Notes: generated by a model from the sequence alone, not told the origin. A stretch of 64,000 nucleotides of DNA from Chiloscyllium plagiosum (GCF_004010195.1 NC_057718.1:24957199-25021198), one strand, 5' to 3'. Positions 25,270 to 38,457 are shown, counted from the first letter of the stretch. Made by a program: numbers and translations.

Positions 25270-28150
25270 TTTTTGCTTTTTCATTCACAGGTGTGGGTGT
25301 TGCTAGCAAAGTCAACGTACATTCTTAACTGCCTTCGAGAAAATGGTGATGAGCTGCCTGCTCAAACTGGTGCTGTCTTGTGATCTGGGTCCACCCACAG
25401 CATTGCTAGCCAGTGGATGCCAGAATTGTGACACCTTGCCAAAGGGACTCCATAGTTCCAAGTCAGGTTGACGTGTGTCATTGAGGGAACTCTGTAAGTG
25501 GTGGTGTCAGCAAGTATCCGCTGTCCTTGTTCTCCTAGATGATAGAGGCTACTGGTTTGGGAGGTTGTTTTGAAGAAATCTAGGTAGGTTGCTGCAGTGC
25601 GTATTCCGGGTGGTTAATTTTCCATTGGTGGTTGAGACAGCAAATGGTTAAGGTCATGGATGGGTAGCATTCAACTGAGCTGCTTTGTTCTGAATGGTGC
25701 AGAGTTCTTGGATCTATACTCATACAGTCAATTGGAAATTAATCCATTACAAATCTGACTTCAAAGAACCACAGAATTGTTGCAATGTAGACAGAGGCTA
25801 TTCAGCCTATTGTGGTTGCACAAGCTCTCTGAATGAGCATTATGACTTTGTGCCATTCTCCTGCAACCCTGTAACCCTGGACATTGTCTCTACTCAAACA
25901 AACATATGATGCCCTCTTGAATGCTTCAGCTGAACCTGCCTTCACTACTTGCTTTCAGCCAGTGCATTCCAAACTTTACTTGTTGTGCAAAAAAGTTTTT
26001 TGTTTCTCACTTCGCATTTGTGAGACTTTTGCCTTGTAGCTGGAATGAAGCTTCAGAATGCCAGAAGGTGAGCCACTGGCAACAGCATGCCCAGTATCTG
26101 TCCTTTAACCACAATTAAGTTTTTGCTCAATGATGACTCCAGAAGTTTATCATTGTGGACTTGATGGGCCAAATGGCCCGTTTCCACACTGTAGGGATTC
26201 TATGATTCGATGAATTTTGAAGACACCTAATGTTTAAACTTCCCATGAGTGTCAAAAAGAAGTTGGACTTCCTCTTGTTAGAGATAGTCTTTGTTTGGCA
26301 CTCGTGTAGCATAAAGGTTTCCATCACCTATCAGCACAAACCTGAATCAGGGTCATGCCACAAGCCTATTTGACCTCTTCATTATCTAAGATGATGTGAA
26401 TAAAAGTAACATTGTGCAGGAGGTTTCCTCACTTCTGAGCTTTTGATGGAAACAAGGACACCAATGAAACAGCTAAAAATGGCTGGCCCAAGGACACTTC
26501 AGCAACATCCTGGGACTGAGATAATTTGTTTCCAACAACTTAAATCATTTTTCATCATGCTCGTGGAGACTTTCCCAAGTATTTCCCATTTCACTAAGGT
26601 TTCTGGAGACCACACTCAGTTAAATGCTGTTATGAAGTCAAGGTTAGTCACTCCCACTTCACCTCTACAATTTAGCTCTTTGTTCATGCTTAGACCAAAG
26701 GGTGAAATGAGGTCAGGAGCTGAATGGACCTGATGGAATTCAACTAAGCATCAGCGAGTAGATGATTAGTGAATAAATGTTGATTGATAGCACATCAACG
26801 AAAGCTGGTATCAGTTTGCTATTGATAAGAAGTGTACTAATGGAAAGAACTGACTAGACTGGATATGTCCTGCTTTCCATCAGCAAGACATAGCTGAATA
26901 ATTTTCCACTTTTCTGGATGCATACCAGAACCATAAAAACACAGGAAGAGAATGGTTAGTGATGCAGCTTATTCTGGAACACAAACCTCCAATACTGCAG
27001 CCAAAATGTTGGGGCCCATAGCTTTGTGTATCCAGTGCTCCCACCTGTTTCTTTATAAATTGTGGAGACAGACTTCATCTTTAGGAGTTAGCCAATATGG
27101 ATTTATCTAGTAAGCATTTCCAGAAAAACTGTTTTTTGCAAACATTCAACTATGCATTCTGCATTCATGAGTTAGACTCTACTACCACTGAGGATGGGAA
27201 TTTTAATACAGCCTACTCAACCTACCAGTTATTTAAGTTTTCACAACTACTTGAAATTGGCAGTGACAGAATTGCAATTTAGGCTCTGATCCATTGATTG
27301 TGGAATTGCTTAGCTCTATCTGAAACATACTGCTTCTGCTGCTTAGAATGTGGACTTGTGTTGTAGCTTCACCAAATTGGCATCTAATATCTAGTTATCC
27401 TAATGAAGCTCCTGGCTACTCTCCTGCACTCCTCAACAAGCCAGGTTTGATCCCCTGGCTTGTTTGCAAGACATTTCTACTATTGCTGATGGTCCACTAT
27501 GTCTCTCATAGTTGTCCAATGTTGTACTGCTAAATTTGTTCTGAATGTATCCATTTTCCAAAGTGGTAATGCCATAAAACATGATGGCCAGTGCCCTCAG
27601 TAAGAAGATGGAACTTCATCTTCTCAAGGTCTTTGCACTGCAACATTGATTGGGCAGGTACACTTATGACAAACAGATTTGTGAGGGTGAGGTCTAGTGG
27701 GTTGGTTTGCTTGCCACTTGCTACAGGCGCAATCTGACAGCTATACCCTTTAGGACATGGACAGCTAAATAAGAGTGGCACTGCCAAGCTATTCTTCATG
27801 ACAGACTTTGATGTTCTGCACCCACGGTACCACCTCAGTTTTCTTCCAAGTGATGTTCAAAATGGAGAAGTACTGATCCATTAACTTGAGAAAAGGAAGT
27901 AAGTAATAATCAGCAGGATGTTTCCTTGTTTACATTTGACCAAATGCCATGCAACTTCATGGTCTCCAGAAGTACTGTTGAAGACTCCCAGGTCACTCCT
28001 TCATGACTGGACCAATCTGTTGTCAGCTCTGGTGGGTTTAACTTGCTGGTGGGATAGCATTTGCTTGTCATTGGTGGTGGAGAGGTCTGAGGAATTGTGT
28101 GAGTGGAATTATTTTATGATTATGGCTATGTCAAGCTATGGCTTCACTGA
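25270..28150 (-). mobile_element. Long decayed L2/CR1-group LINE with small nested SINE/LINE pieces
   Basis: Reverse complement of the 23080-23620 family at the left end. Endonuclease-like peptide further right (GKQTNPLDLTLTNL). Confidence 0.55.
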
Positions 28151-29024
28151 TTGAGGATTTTGTCACATGTTAATAAGGAGGACTTTTCAAGATAATTTGG
28201 GGAAACCATGCCTTTTCCAAATCCAAAGCCAAGGTTGAAGATGTGTCCAGTTTTACTCTTGTAATTGTTTTGTTGTAGCAATTTGAGCTGAGTGGTTTTG
28301 TGGGACCTTACAGAAAGCTATAACAGTCATCCATATTGGTGCCTTCTCAGAGGAACTTGTACACTTAAAGAGCACACTTCTTTCTGCCTCTAACTAGTTA
28401 GTATAAGTTTTCCAACCATTTCCTCTCAAATGGAGATGTATTTTAATTTTATAAGAACTCTACTGCATATGCAAGACTAAAGCTCCCATGGTTTCTACTA
28501 CAAACTCTGCTTTCAGAAATATGAAAATGACAGTCACTAAATTAAGAACTAAGGAGCAACAACTGAAAACTAAAGACTGATGAACTTAGTGTCAGAAATA
28601 GTATCTTATATATCCTTGACTTTCAAAGAAATCATATCAGTTCTACTGAACAATCAGCATACGACATGAAGTTGGAGATTTCAGCCTTTTTGATGTCAAT
28701 CATCTTATACAGCCTTATACAGAGGAGATAATTGATCTCCTCTGAATGAACTGCAGCACTTAGACATACCAAATCACTTGTTTACAGCCTACCTTCTCAG
28801 CTCTTTGCTAACAAGGGAGTTTCACAAAAATCTATGGAAAGAAGGATAATTTTTCTACCTCTGTTAACAGGTCATCTTTATAACTGTGGTTTTTGCAACT
28901 TGATTTCTATTCTTGTAAGGCATACTTTGTTTATTTAAGCACTTACAGTTTAATTATCCTTGGCTTTTCCTCTTCCTAGAGTTCAATTTAACTACAAACT
29001 CCAATTACACAGTTAGGGGAGATG

Positions 29025-29340
29025 TGATGGCCTTGCGGTATTTTTGTTGGGCTATTAATCCAGAAACTAAGGCAATGCTGGGTTCAAATCCAGTTATGGT
29101 AGAATTTGAATTCAATAAAAATCTAGTGTTAAGAGTCTAATAATAGTTGTGAAACCATTGAAAACAAAAATCAGGTTCACTAGTGCCCTTTTGGGAAGGA
29201 ACCTACCAAGCTTACTTGATCAAGCTTACATGTGACTCCAGACAACGATGTGATTGACTCTTAACTGCTCTCTGTACACATAGGGGATGGACAATAAATA
29301 CTGGCTAAGCCAGCAATGCCCTCATCCCACAAATAAATTA
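29025..29340 (+). mobile_element. tRNA-derived SINE with LINE-type tail
   Basis: B-box-like GGTTCAAATCC and the shared tail. Related copies at 37730-37990 (-) and 56487-56680 (+). Confidence 0.6.
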
Positions 29341-30944
29341 AAACAAAAAATATTTAAAGCATTTCTTCTATATCTCAAGGTTAGTTGATACATTTCTCCA
29401 TTTGAATACTCCTGGAAATTAGTATGTATCAACATCTTCAAAGAAAGAACGAAAATTGGAAGAGCTTTATTATGATCTAAGTCCTAACAGAAAAATGTGT
29501 AAGTTACTACATACCCCCTGTACTATGTGAGGTATTGCACAATGTTGAAAAATAGTCTTCTAGGTACAGCTTGAAATTCTCATTGACTCCCATAGTCCCA
29601 GTTATTTATGGTTTCATTTGATTACATAACAAAATAAAGTTATATTGAAAATATCTCATGGTTAACCTGAGTACTACTTTCTATCTCCACTGCACCCAGA
29701 TCTACAAGAATCTGCAAGTAAATTTGAAGTTTCAATTCTGATATATTAAGTTCACCCTACACTGTGTATATGTATGAAATTGCAATTTAGGAATTGCAAA
29801 CAATGTTACTCATCATATTGTTTACTGGTGTATAAAAATTGAAAGTTCAAACACATATGCATCCCATATATGACCATTTTTACTTTGAAAGAAGTACAGT
29901 ATTTGGTCAATTGTCACTCATGGAAATTCATTTATTTGTATTTCATCTCCATGCTGCCATCTACTGGGACCTCCATGGCCTGACTGTGAGGTGGGCTTTC
30001 CAAATATTTTATTCAATTGTAAACAATGCAGTTTAGTGCATATCACAGCTAGGTTAATGTTAGTCATTTACACAAGTTAAGCAGCTTTTCATAAAGTGTA
30101 AAAGCATTATTTTGTTCTACAGTTTACTTATTTACTATTCCCACAAATGATATTATGTTTCTCAAAATCATTAAGAGGAATATTGCAGGAGTGCATCATT
30201 TTTTTGTTTGACAGTCATGCAGTTCTGTTATGAATAATATCTTAACAGAAGAAGAAAACATTCATCTTAATGTTCTCTATTTTTGTCAACAAGGATTTCA
30301 TGCCAGTCATTGACAGACAGTCATCTGCAAGTGAGTCACCTGATATTGTGAGCAATGATATTGAGCTTTATTTTACTGACTAATCTTGGGAAATTCCATT
30401 CTGTATTTTTCACGAGTGAATCATTAGTACAAACAATCATTTCTTAAATCAGGAACACTACAAATGCAAATTATACAGAGCAATGCTCTTTTAAGTTCTT
30501 AGAATAGTAACCATAGCTATGCTCTTATTTACTCTGTAAAAACAATGCAAAATGTGTAGCAATAAATCTCAGCAAGTCTTTGACTCTGTAGTTAGCATCC
30601 CTGCATATAAGGCAAAAACACTAGCTTTAAATGTTGACATGGAAATGGGATTCATGTTGCAGTTCAAGAGGTGACATTCCCTCAGTTACAAATCCAACAT
30701 TTCCCCACTGAAGCGTTCAATGCAAAGGGAAGAGAATAAACCACAAATTCACTTTTTAAGGCAAAGCAAAGAGGTACATAACAGTTGTGTTTACTATTGA
30801 ATGTCTTTCCACATCTGCACTGAACTGGTTCCTCTCATCTACACGCATTTTCCAGCTCAATTTTGTATAATTTTCGACAGGTGATGTCTGTGGCCCTGGG
30901 AAGACTACCTCCACTGTTACAGCAAGAGTCAGATGAAGGAACTG

Positions 30945-31890
30945 AATGATTCTGGCTAAGTTTGCAGATGATACAAAGATAGTGGAGGGACAGGTAGTAT
31001 TGAGGCAGTGAGGAGGCTGAAGAAAGATTTAGACAGGTTAGGAGACTTGGCAAAGAAGTGGTAGATGAAATACAATGTGGGAAAGTATGAGATCATGCAC
31101 TTTGGAAGGAAGAATAGAGATGAAGACTATTTTCTAAATGGGGAGAACATTCAGAAATCTGAAGTACAAGGGGACTTGGGAGTCCTAGTCCAGGTTTCTT
31201 TTAAGGTAAACTTGCAGGTTGAGTCAGTAGTTAGGGAGACAAATACAATGTTGTCATTCATCTTGAGAGGATGAGAACATAAAAGCAGGGATGCACTTCT
31301 GAGGTTTTATAAAGCTCTGGTCAGACCACATTCAGAGTATTGTGATAAGTTTAGGGTGCCATTCCTCAGGAAGGGTGTATTGGCCCTGGAGCAGGTCCAG
31401 AGGAGATTCACAAGAATGATCCCAGGAATGAAAGGCTTAACATATGAGGACCATTTGAGGACTCTGGGACTATACCTGATGGAGTTTAGGGGGATGAGGG
31501 GGATCTGACTGAAACTTACAGAAGACTGAATATGGCTTGGATAGAGTGGACATTGGGAAGATGTTTCCATAGGCAGGAAAGACAAGGACCCGAGGGCTCA
31601 GCCTTAGAGTAAAGGGAAGACCTTTTAGAATGGAGATGAGGAAAAACCTTTTTAGCCAGAGAGTGGTAAAACCATGCAATTCATTGCCACAGAAGGCTGT
31701 GGAGGCCAGTTCATTGAGTATATTTAAAACAGAGATCGATAAGTTCTTGATTGCCAAGGGGATCAAGGGTTATGGAGAGAAAGCAGGAAAATTGGGTTGA
31801 AAAACCCATCAGCCACGATTGAATGGCAGAGCAGACTTGGTGGGCCAAATAGCCTAATTTCTGTTCATATGTTGAAAGTCTTATGGTCTA
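30945..31890 (+). mobile_element. CR1-like LINE 3' fragment
   Basis: KFADDTK motif (aagtttgcagatgatacaaag), MKYNVGKYEIMHFGRKN, and 3' UTR ending cttatggtct. Confidence 0.9.
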
Positions 31891-32764
31891 TTGTCAAGAC
31901 TGTATATCTCAGTTCATGTTGCCCCATCTGCAAAGTATTTCCCTCAGCTGGTACAAACTCAAACTCATTTTTTTAAAAAAATAAACATCAATAAAAACGT
32001 ATGCTGCTGAATATGTATGATTTTGTTACTGTAAATACCTGGATAGATATTTTCGACCCATGCCAATGATAAAGTGGATATTTAATTCATCCCCACAATC
32101 TACAGCATAAGTAGTTGGGCAAAAAATGCTCTAAAAATGCGTGTGATTCATGAGGACAACCGGATTAATACAAACTCATCTTTCTTGCGAGTTCACACAG
32201 TGCTAGCTGCAGCCCACTGTTTGTGAGCATGTGGCGAGGTTAGGATATGTACCCACTCTGGCTCAGATTTGCTTTGCAGTCACCTGTCACTCTCGTGCCG
32301 TCACCTTAAATCGTCACATTATGTCCGTAAGGCCAGCTTCAGGACTGAGACCCAATGCTGACAAACCCCAAGCTCCAGCAGCGTTCAGACACAACACACA
32401 CTCACACCTAAAATACTCTCTGAAAGAAAGCGCTCTCCAGCTGCCCAGCATGACCATTCAACAATCAATGGTTAGCTTAAACCTCCCCACCGCCCCGAGC
32501 TCCAAGCGTGTTGGGACACGTCGGGAACAGGGGAACCTAATTGTGGACTTGTTGGGCCGAAGGGCCTGTTTCCAAGCTGTAGGGATTCTATGTATTACAT
32601 CCAGCTCAATGACTATTTTATTCTTCCCAACCACAGCCAGAGTGATAGGCAAGACACACCACAAAATATCATCGGTTCCGAACAACGTGCTGCACGTAGT
32701 AGCTTTAAGAAGCTGCCGCATCTTCCGCCACAAGTTATATGCATTTCCCCACTGACTTGCCTAC

Positions 32765-32848
32765 CTTTCTATATACTAGCATGTTCGGCGATTCGTCTGC
32801 CATACCGTTGTTACTGGCGTTCTGCCCATAACTATTTCCTTGAGCCAT
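32765..32848 (-). CDS. RGS7: Regulator of G-protein signaling 7, first coding exon (MAQGNSYGQNASNNGMADESPNMLVYRK, 28 codons, phase-0 donor)
   Basis: Manual translation of the minus strand from ATG at 32848 closely matches the vertebrate RGS7 N-terminus as I recall it (MAQGNNYGQTSNGVADESPNMLVYRK). It ends at AAG|GTAGGC (GT at 32764-32763). The upstream acceptor TTTTCTTGTTTAG gives a full exon of 32765-32891 (127 nt). Confidence 0.95.
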
Positions 32849-32891
32849 CGCAAGGTCTGTGTTGAGCCGCTGTCGGATTCCCGATTTTTAA
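32849..32891 (-). other. RGS7: 5' UTR part of the RGS7 ATG-containing exon
   Basis: 43 nt between the polypyrimidine/AG acceptor (AG at 32893-32892) and the ATG. Confidence 0.8.
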
Positions 32892-33438
32892 CTAAACAAG
32901 AAAATGAGATGAAACTAAAGTCAGGCGCCACATTAGTATAATAAATGAAGTAGCAGCAGAGGGCAATGTACGTATACCAACGCAAGAGGGAGGAGGGGTG
33001 CAGGCAGCACTTCATATAAACTTCGACTCTAAACCCCTTTATGATTTTATGACCGCGGATTTGGAAGGTAAACCCATCACAAAAGCACATGCGATCTTTG
33101 CCCTGAGTTATGCCTACGATAAGGCATAGCAGAAATGGGAAACGCAAGATGACAAACCATCCGAGGCGTGCAAGCAGTTCTCAATAAAATGTATAAAAAT
33201 GCGAGCAAGATTGCAAAACAAAATGTGACCGGGGATGCACTGCAAGTGTTCATTCAGTGCACGTTCCCCGCGCTGTACCGTTATGCGAGTGCATGCACTG
33301 GAGTCTCCTCCGAATGAAATCTCATGTTATCAAATGGTTTGCATGCAGCTTCTGCTGTGCATTCAGATGCAGCAACGGGTAAAGGATGAACAAGAGTGGC
33401 GGACGGGAAAGCGCGACCAGCCCGAGCCTTGAAACAGG

Positions 33439-33459
33439 TTCAGCACCACGGACAGCGAC
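33439..33459 (+). promoter_or_regulatory. RE1/NRSE, REST (NRSF) binding site
   Basis: TTCAGCACCACGGACAGCGAC versus the canonical TTCAGCACCACGGACAGCGCC (20/21), inside the 5' region of a neuronal gene. Confidence 0.92.
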
Positions 33460-33662
33460 CAGGGCCGGCCACAGTGGCGGCTGTGGAAGCACTGAGGCGG
33501 GTGGGATAAATGATGCTAACTACAGTACCGCACCTCATTGCTGAAGGCTTTGCTTCTCCTTCTCTCCAACATCCCTCACCTCTTGCTATCTATTGAAAGA
33601 TTCTTTTTTTTTCCCCTATAAAATACAACAAAAACTAACGACGAGCTTGTACCGTGATTTAC

Positions 33663-33960
33663 CTCAAGCCCGGCGTACGGCACACGCCAAGAGCAAAAGC
33701 CTCCTTAATTCTGTAATGTTCCTGTCCGCTCCAGATCCCGGCCTCAGATGATTCATTGAAAGGGCTTGCGGATGGTTTACCACTGACTCGCGGCTTTTTT
33801 CTTCTTGCTTCCCCCCCCCAACTATACCTCTCTCTCTGTGTCTGTGCCTTTCAACCTTGTTCCTGGGAAATGTGTTGCAACACGAGCGCGCGCTCCTCGC
33901 TCCCTTCGCGCGTTCCTGGGAGATGGAAGGGGTGGCGCGCACTCGGTCGCTCGCACGCTC
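33663..33960 (-). other. RGS7: Putative non-coding first exon of RGS7 (5' end uncertain)
   Basis: Donor GAG|GTAAAT (GT at 33662-33661) downstream of the most CpG-dense part of the island. The TSS position is a guess. Confidence 0.5.
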
Positions 33961-34529
33961 CCGCTCCAGGGACTGGGGCTCGGCGGCAGCTATGGTCCAG
34001 CCTCCCCTGTAACAGAGCTGCGGAAGTGATGATGGTGGGCTGGAGTTTCTTTCACCCCGGGCCTCCCAGCGGTGTAGCACGCCTTGAAGCTGCCAACAGT
34101 GAGCTGGCCAACTCTTGTGAACTACAAATGGGCACACTTCCAGCTGGGGTAGGGGGAGAGGGGCGGGCGGTACTGTTGAAGCAGGTAATTGGGAGGGGAG
34201 AGGAGATTTCTGATCACCATGAGTGCAGCGGCGTGGAGAATGGTCTTGCAAAGTGTGACAACGGGGCCTTGATCGCCAAGTGTGGCGGGGCTGGTGTTGG
34301 AGATTGTGGAACTGAAACTTGCCTCACAATTCTATGTTCTGTATGCGGACAGACTCACTCGCAGTCCGGCTGATCGAATTGTTCAAAGTCACCCCAGAGG
34401 CTCTCAGTCTCCCCTAAGCTGTAATGGAAATTAGAATGGTAGAGGCGTTATATTAAACAAATAGACAGGATAATATCATATTCGCATAAAATAGCGAGAT
34501 GGCAGCAAGGTTAAAGCTCTGGTTAGCCC

Positions 34530-35080
34530 CATTTGGAGTACTGTGTCCAGTTTTGGTCCCCACACCTCAGGAGGGACATACTGGCACTGGAGCGTGTCCA
34601 GCGGAGATTCACACGGATGATCCCTGGAATGGTAGGTCTAACATTTGAGGAACGGCTGAGGATCCTGGGATTGCATTCATTGGAGTTTAGAAGATTAAGG
34701 GAAGATCTAATAGAAACTTACAAGATAATACATGGCTCAGAGAGGAAATTGTTTCCGTTAGGCGAGGAGACTAGGACCTGTGGACACAGCCTTAGAATTA
34801 GAGGGGGTAAATTCAGAACAGAAATGCGGAGACATTTCTTCAGCCAGAGAGTGGTGGGCCTGTCGAATTCATTGCCGCGGAGTGCAGTGGAGGCTAGGAC
34901 GCTAAATGTCTTCAAGGCAGAGATTAATAAATTCTTGATGTCACAAGGAATTAAGGGCTACGGGGAGAATGCGGGTAAGTGGAGTTGAAATGCCCATCAG
35001 CCATGATTGAATGGCGGAGTGGACTCGATGGGCCGCATGGCCTTACTTCCACTCCTATATCTTATGGTCTTATGGTCTAA
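34530..35080 (+). mobile_element. Relatively young CR1-like LINE 3' fragment just upstream of the promoter
   Basis: EYCVQFWSPHLRRDILALERVQRRFTRMIPG with a (cttatggt)n tail. Confidence 0.92.
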
Positions 35081-35260
35081 ATAGTTATTTAGCTTCAGAG
35101 GAATAGAATAAGTGGACATGACGTTGTATGGAGAAATCAGTAATGAGATAGTACATTTTAAATAAACGGGGGTGTATTAAATAAACTAACTTAATACATG
35201 TGTGCATTGCTATTGTATGTTCTATATTTTAAATGTATTATTCGAAATTGATTCTTTAGG

Positions 35261-38200
35261 TGCTTACGTGGTCCAGTGTGTCTGAGGGTAATCCAGCGCA
35301 TCTAACAAATAGACTCCTATTGAGTAAACAAGGTGTAGTTTATTACATCTCTATAACTATTTACAGGTTGTAAGAATAGGCCGCATGTCAGTATAAAGAC
35401 CTGTCTCTGATGAGATCCTACTCTCATTTTCCACCAAATCCTCGTGATATCATCATTGTTGGTGCTGCTGATTGCATTAATAAAGTATTAACCCTTTCAG
35501 ACCATAAGCAACATTTCCAACAATTTTTTTTATTATAGCTATTATTGTTATATATTTGTTTACATTATTACTTTTAGCAGCACCCCATCAGCAATAGTAA
35601 GTTTTTGACTTGCAAACTGAGGCAATTTGGAGGTTACACTATTCCCTTAATGTGTTCTGTTTAGATTTGCAAGAGTGGTCTGTGATCCAAGGTTCTTTCC
35701 TGAACTAGAAAGTTTTTAATCTGTTGTATTTCTTCCATTGTGGTCATCAGCCCTGGTAGAGAAGGCTCACTTGTTCTTTGGTATACAGGTTATCTTGAAT
35801 TTTAGATATTTCTTGTCTCTTCTTAGTTGTGCCTTCCATGCACCACACCTTTAATTTATGTCCGTGGATTTTTGTTCTCAATCCAGACGTACTGAAGTAG
35901 ATAAACTTTCCACTTCATCCTGTTCATTCGTTTTGATTTTCTTATTTGCCCAGGATGACTCAACCATTAGTAAAATCAATCTATTCACTTCCTAAGTTGT
36001 GTTGCTTGAATGTTACTTTTGGCTTGCTGGAATATCCATTATGGTTGTTCAGGATTCTTCTTTGGAAGATATTCGACTTGAACCTGAGCTTTCTTAGTCA
36101 ACTCAGCATCTAATGTGTGACTTGGATTCATTATAATTGGTTGTTCACTTTTTGACATTGCAATCTGACTCAACTCAGATGCAGCTACCTGAATTGTCTT
36201 GAGTGGGGTATTCTGCTCAGTTGTTGCTTCTTTGTTTGGTTTCCTTTCTTTTGTTGATTAACCCCTTTTAGCTTTCAAATAAAATTGAGGTCAATTTAGA
36301 ATTCCTTGTAATGAGGTACATACAGGTTTTCTAGAATTTGGTGCTTTCTACATTGGAGAAGTGCTTATAGCATACCTTTAACATTGAATATAGTTCTCCC
36401 CAGACCCTATAGTTGAAGTTCTGTAAACAATGTTCATCAACCAAGGCTCACAATCAGATAATACTTTCTCTCATGCCTAACTTGAAATTTATGAGTTGTC
36501 TATTGTCATAAATGTCTGCTTGCTAGAATATTTGGTCTGGGTGACTGATTTAATTGGAAAAACATTTAGTTTTGACTTCTGCCGGAGACTGTTCTACCTC
36601 ACCTACCACTTTGTGTGGGTATTTCATTGGTCTTGTCATTTTCCGTGGCTGTATCCTGCTTTGACACATTTTTCAAAAGCTTTCTATGTTTTACAATAAA
36701 AGCATTCAGTTTCAACAATTGGATGCAGTTCATACCTGTGTGGTTTCTTTTCTACATGTAATTAGCAAATATTTTTAGTGTTTGGTGTCTGTCCTACCTG
36801 TTGCATTGATTTATCATGTACCTATTTTATGATTTGGTATCTTAAAAATTGAATGATTTCCAAAGAGTCTCTGTGTCAAGTTTGATTTCTTAGGATTGAT
36901 CGTTTACTTACAGACCTCTGCTTCACTCAACATGTGACTTGCCTTTAGGTGAGTCAAGTCTTCTTTGAATATCATAAATCTATAATCATCATCAGTCATA
37001 AACATCAGTAATGCCTACCACAATTCAATGTCTTATGAATTCTGATTGTAATTCACCGTAGTTGCATCTCTCCACTGTTCTGTAGAAATAATTAATGAAA
37101 TAATGTATGGATTCCTATAGGATCTTGTAGTCTTCCATTTTCTTTCTTGCTTTTTGAACATTATCCCATACCTTTGCATTGCAGTGGAGGTTTTCTTGTC
37201 TTTCGCAGCTTTAATATAGGACTTCTCACCTTTCCCGGCTATAACAGGATCTCCCAAAAATCTCCACTTTAGTCCATAATTGCTATTTCTTTGAATTGCC
37301 TAACACTTATCTGTTCTTAATGGTTGGCTCAAGATTTTCCTGTCTCTCCACTCCTGGTTATGCAGCTCCATCTTGGTGATGTTAGCTCTGCATTTTTTTC
37401 AATCCATGCATGATAGTACCTGTGTGCTATGAAGGCAACACCCAATCTGATCAGCAACTCGTTTTTAAAATTCTTATCCTTTCAGCCTCAAATGCTGTGC
37501 TATTTAAAGACTCCACTTTGCAACAGGAATTTTCAGCTTTGACTCATACAGTTGCTACTCACTCACTGGCTGAATTGTCCTGCAAACTATTGCCTCACAA
37601 TGCAGCTTGTGCCTCTATCTTGGAGCTGAACATTTCCTCTGTTGTAGCAGAGATCTTATCAGATCTTGAATACTTTGTCATTCTTTGAAGAGGTCTCCTG
37701 CACTGAATGCTTCCACAAGGATTTTCTTTATTCATCCATAGAATGAGGCTGTTCCTGGCTAGGCCTGAATTTATTGCCCATCCCTAATTGCCCTACCACA
37801 TTGCTATAAGTCTGCAATCACATGTAGGTCAGACCAGTTTTCTTCCCGAAAGGACATTAGTGAACCAAATGGGTTTTCCAACGATTGACAATTCGACTCT
37901 TAATTCCAGATATTTTTCATTGAACTCAAATTCCGCTATCTGCCATGGTGGGATTCGAACCCGGGTCCCCAAAGCATTATCTGGATTGCAGCTTATTTTT
38001 AAAATTCTCATGGTTTGCTGTCCTAAGCAATTGGGGATATCTTTTCCTTGAAGTCTTCTGGACTAGTGGTATGTTTGCCTCATTGTTACAGTTTATGCTG
38101 AGCATAATTTTCTGATCTATGCTAATTATCATGTTTGTGCTGCCATTGTATCTTCCAAATTTATGAGTTCCTTCAGAGCTTGCGTGATCTAGTGTGTGTG

Positions 38201-38457
38201 AGGGTAGCCATCTTATGATCTAATGATGAGAATCTTGTAGTGCAAGCAAGATGTAGTTTATTAAATCTCTGCAACTTATTACAGATTATAAGTATACTAT
38301 CTACATTACTGCAAAGACTATTCAGAAGACCTAGCCTTAGATCTGTCTCTCTTGAGATCCTACTTTATTCTCTCACCAAGTCCTCATGCCATTGTCATTT
38401 TGGGTGATGGTTTACACACTCAACAAGTGTTAACTCCTTCCAATCCTGTTTAAAACA
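35261..38457 (-). mobile_element. Old unclassified element bounded by degenerate direct repeats (LTR-like)
   Basis: ~35261-35511 and ~38178-38457 align (gtgtgt.tgagggta, tgtagtttatta, tgagatcctact, caccaa.tcctc.tg). No clear TSD or PBS found. Confidence 0.5.
37730..37990 (-). mobile_element. tRNA-derived SINE (same family as 29025-29340)
   Basis: B box GGTTCGAATCC on the minus strand at ~37951-37962. Confidence 0.7.

Larger units (their letters stand above)
1..32764 (-). other. RGS7: Large RGS7 intron following the first coding exon (continues beyond the window start)
   Basis: GT donor at 32764. I did not see the next expected coding exon (MEDVIARMQDEK...) in 1-32764. Confidence 0.8.
32230..34380. 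promoter_or_regulatory. CpG island / RGS7 promoter region
   Basis: Clear local rise in GC and CpG content (e.g. cgagcgcgcgctcctcgc, ggcgcgcactcggtcgctcgcacg). Contains ETS-like GCGGAAGTG (34020-34028), GC box GGGGCGGG (34160-34167) and minus-strand CCAAT (34188-34192). Confidence 0.85.

Noticed and set aside
32776..33147. 123-aa minus-strand ORF over the RGS7 exon
   Set aside because: Wrong frame and runs through intron sequence. The real coding frame is 32765-32848.
33664..34373. 195-aa and 205-aa ORFs in the CpG island
   Set aside because: Typical stop-poor GC-rich ORFs with no recognisable domain. Only the short uORF portion is retained as a hypothesis.
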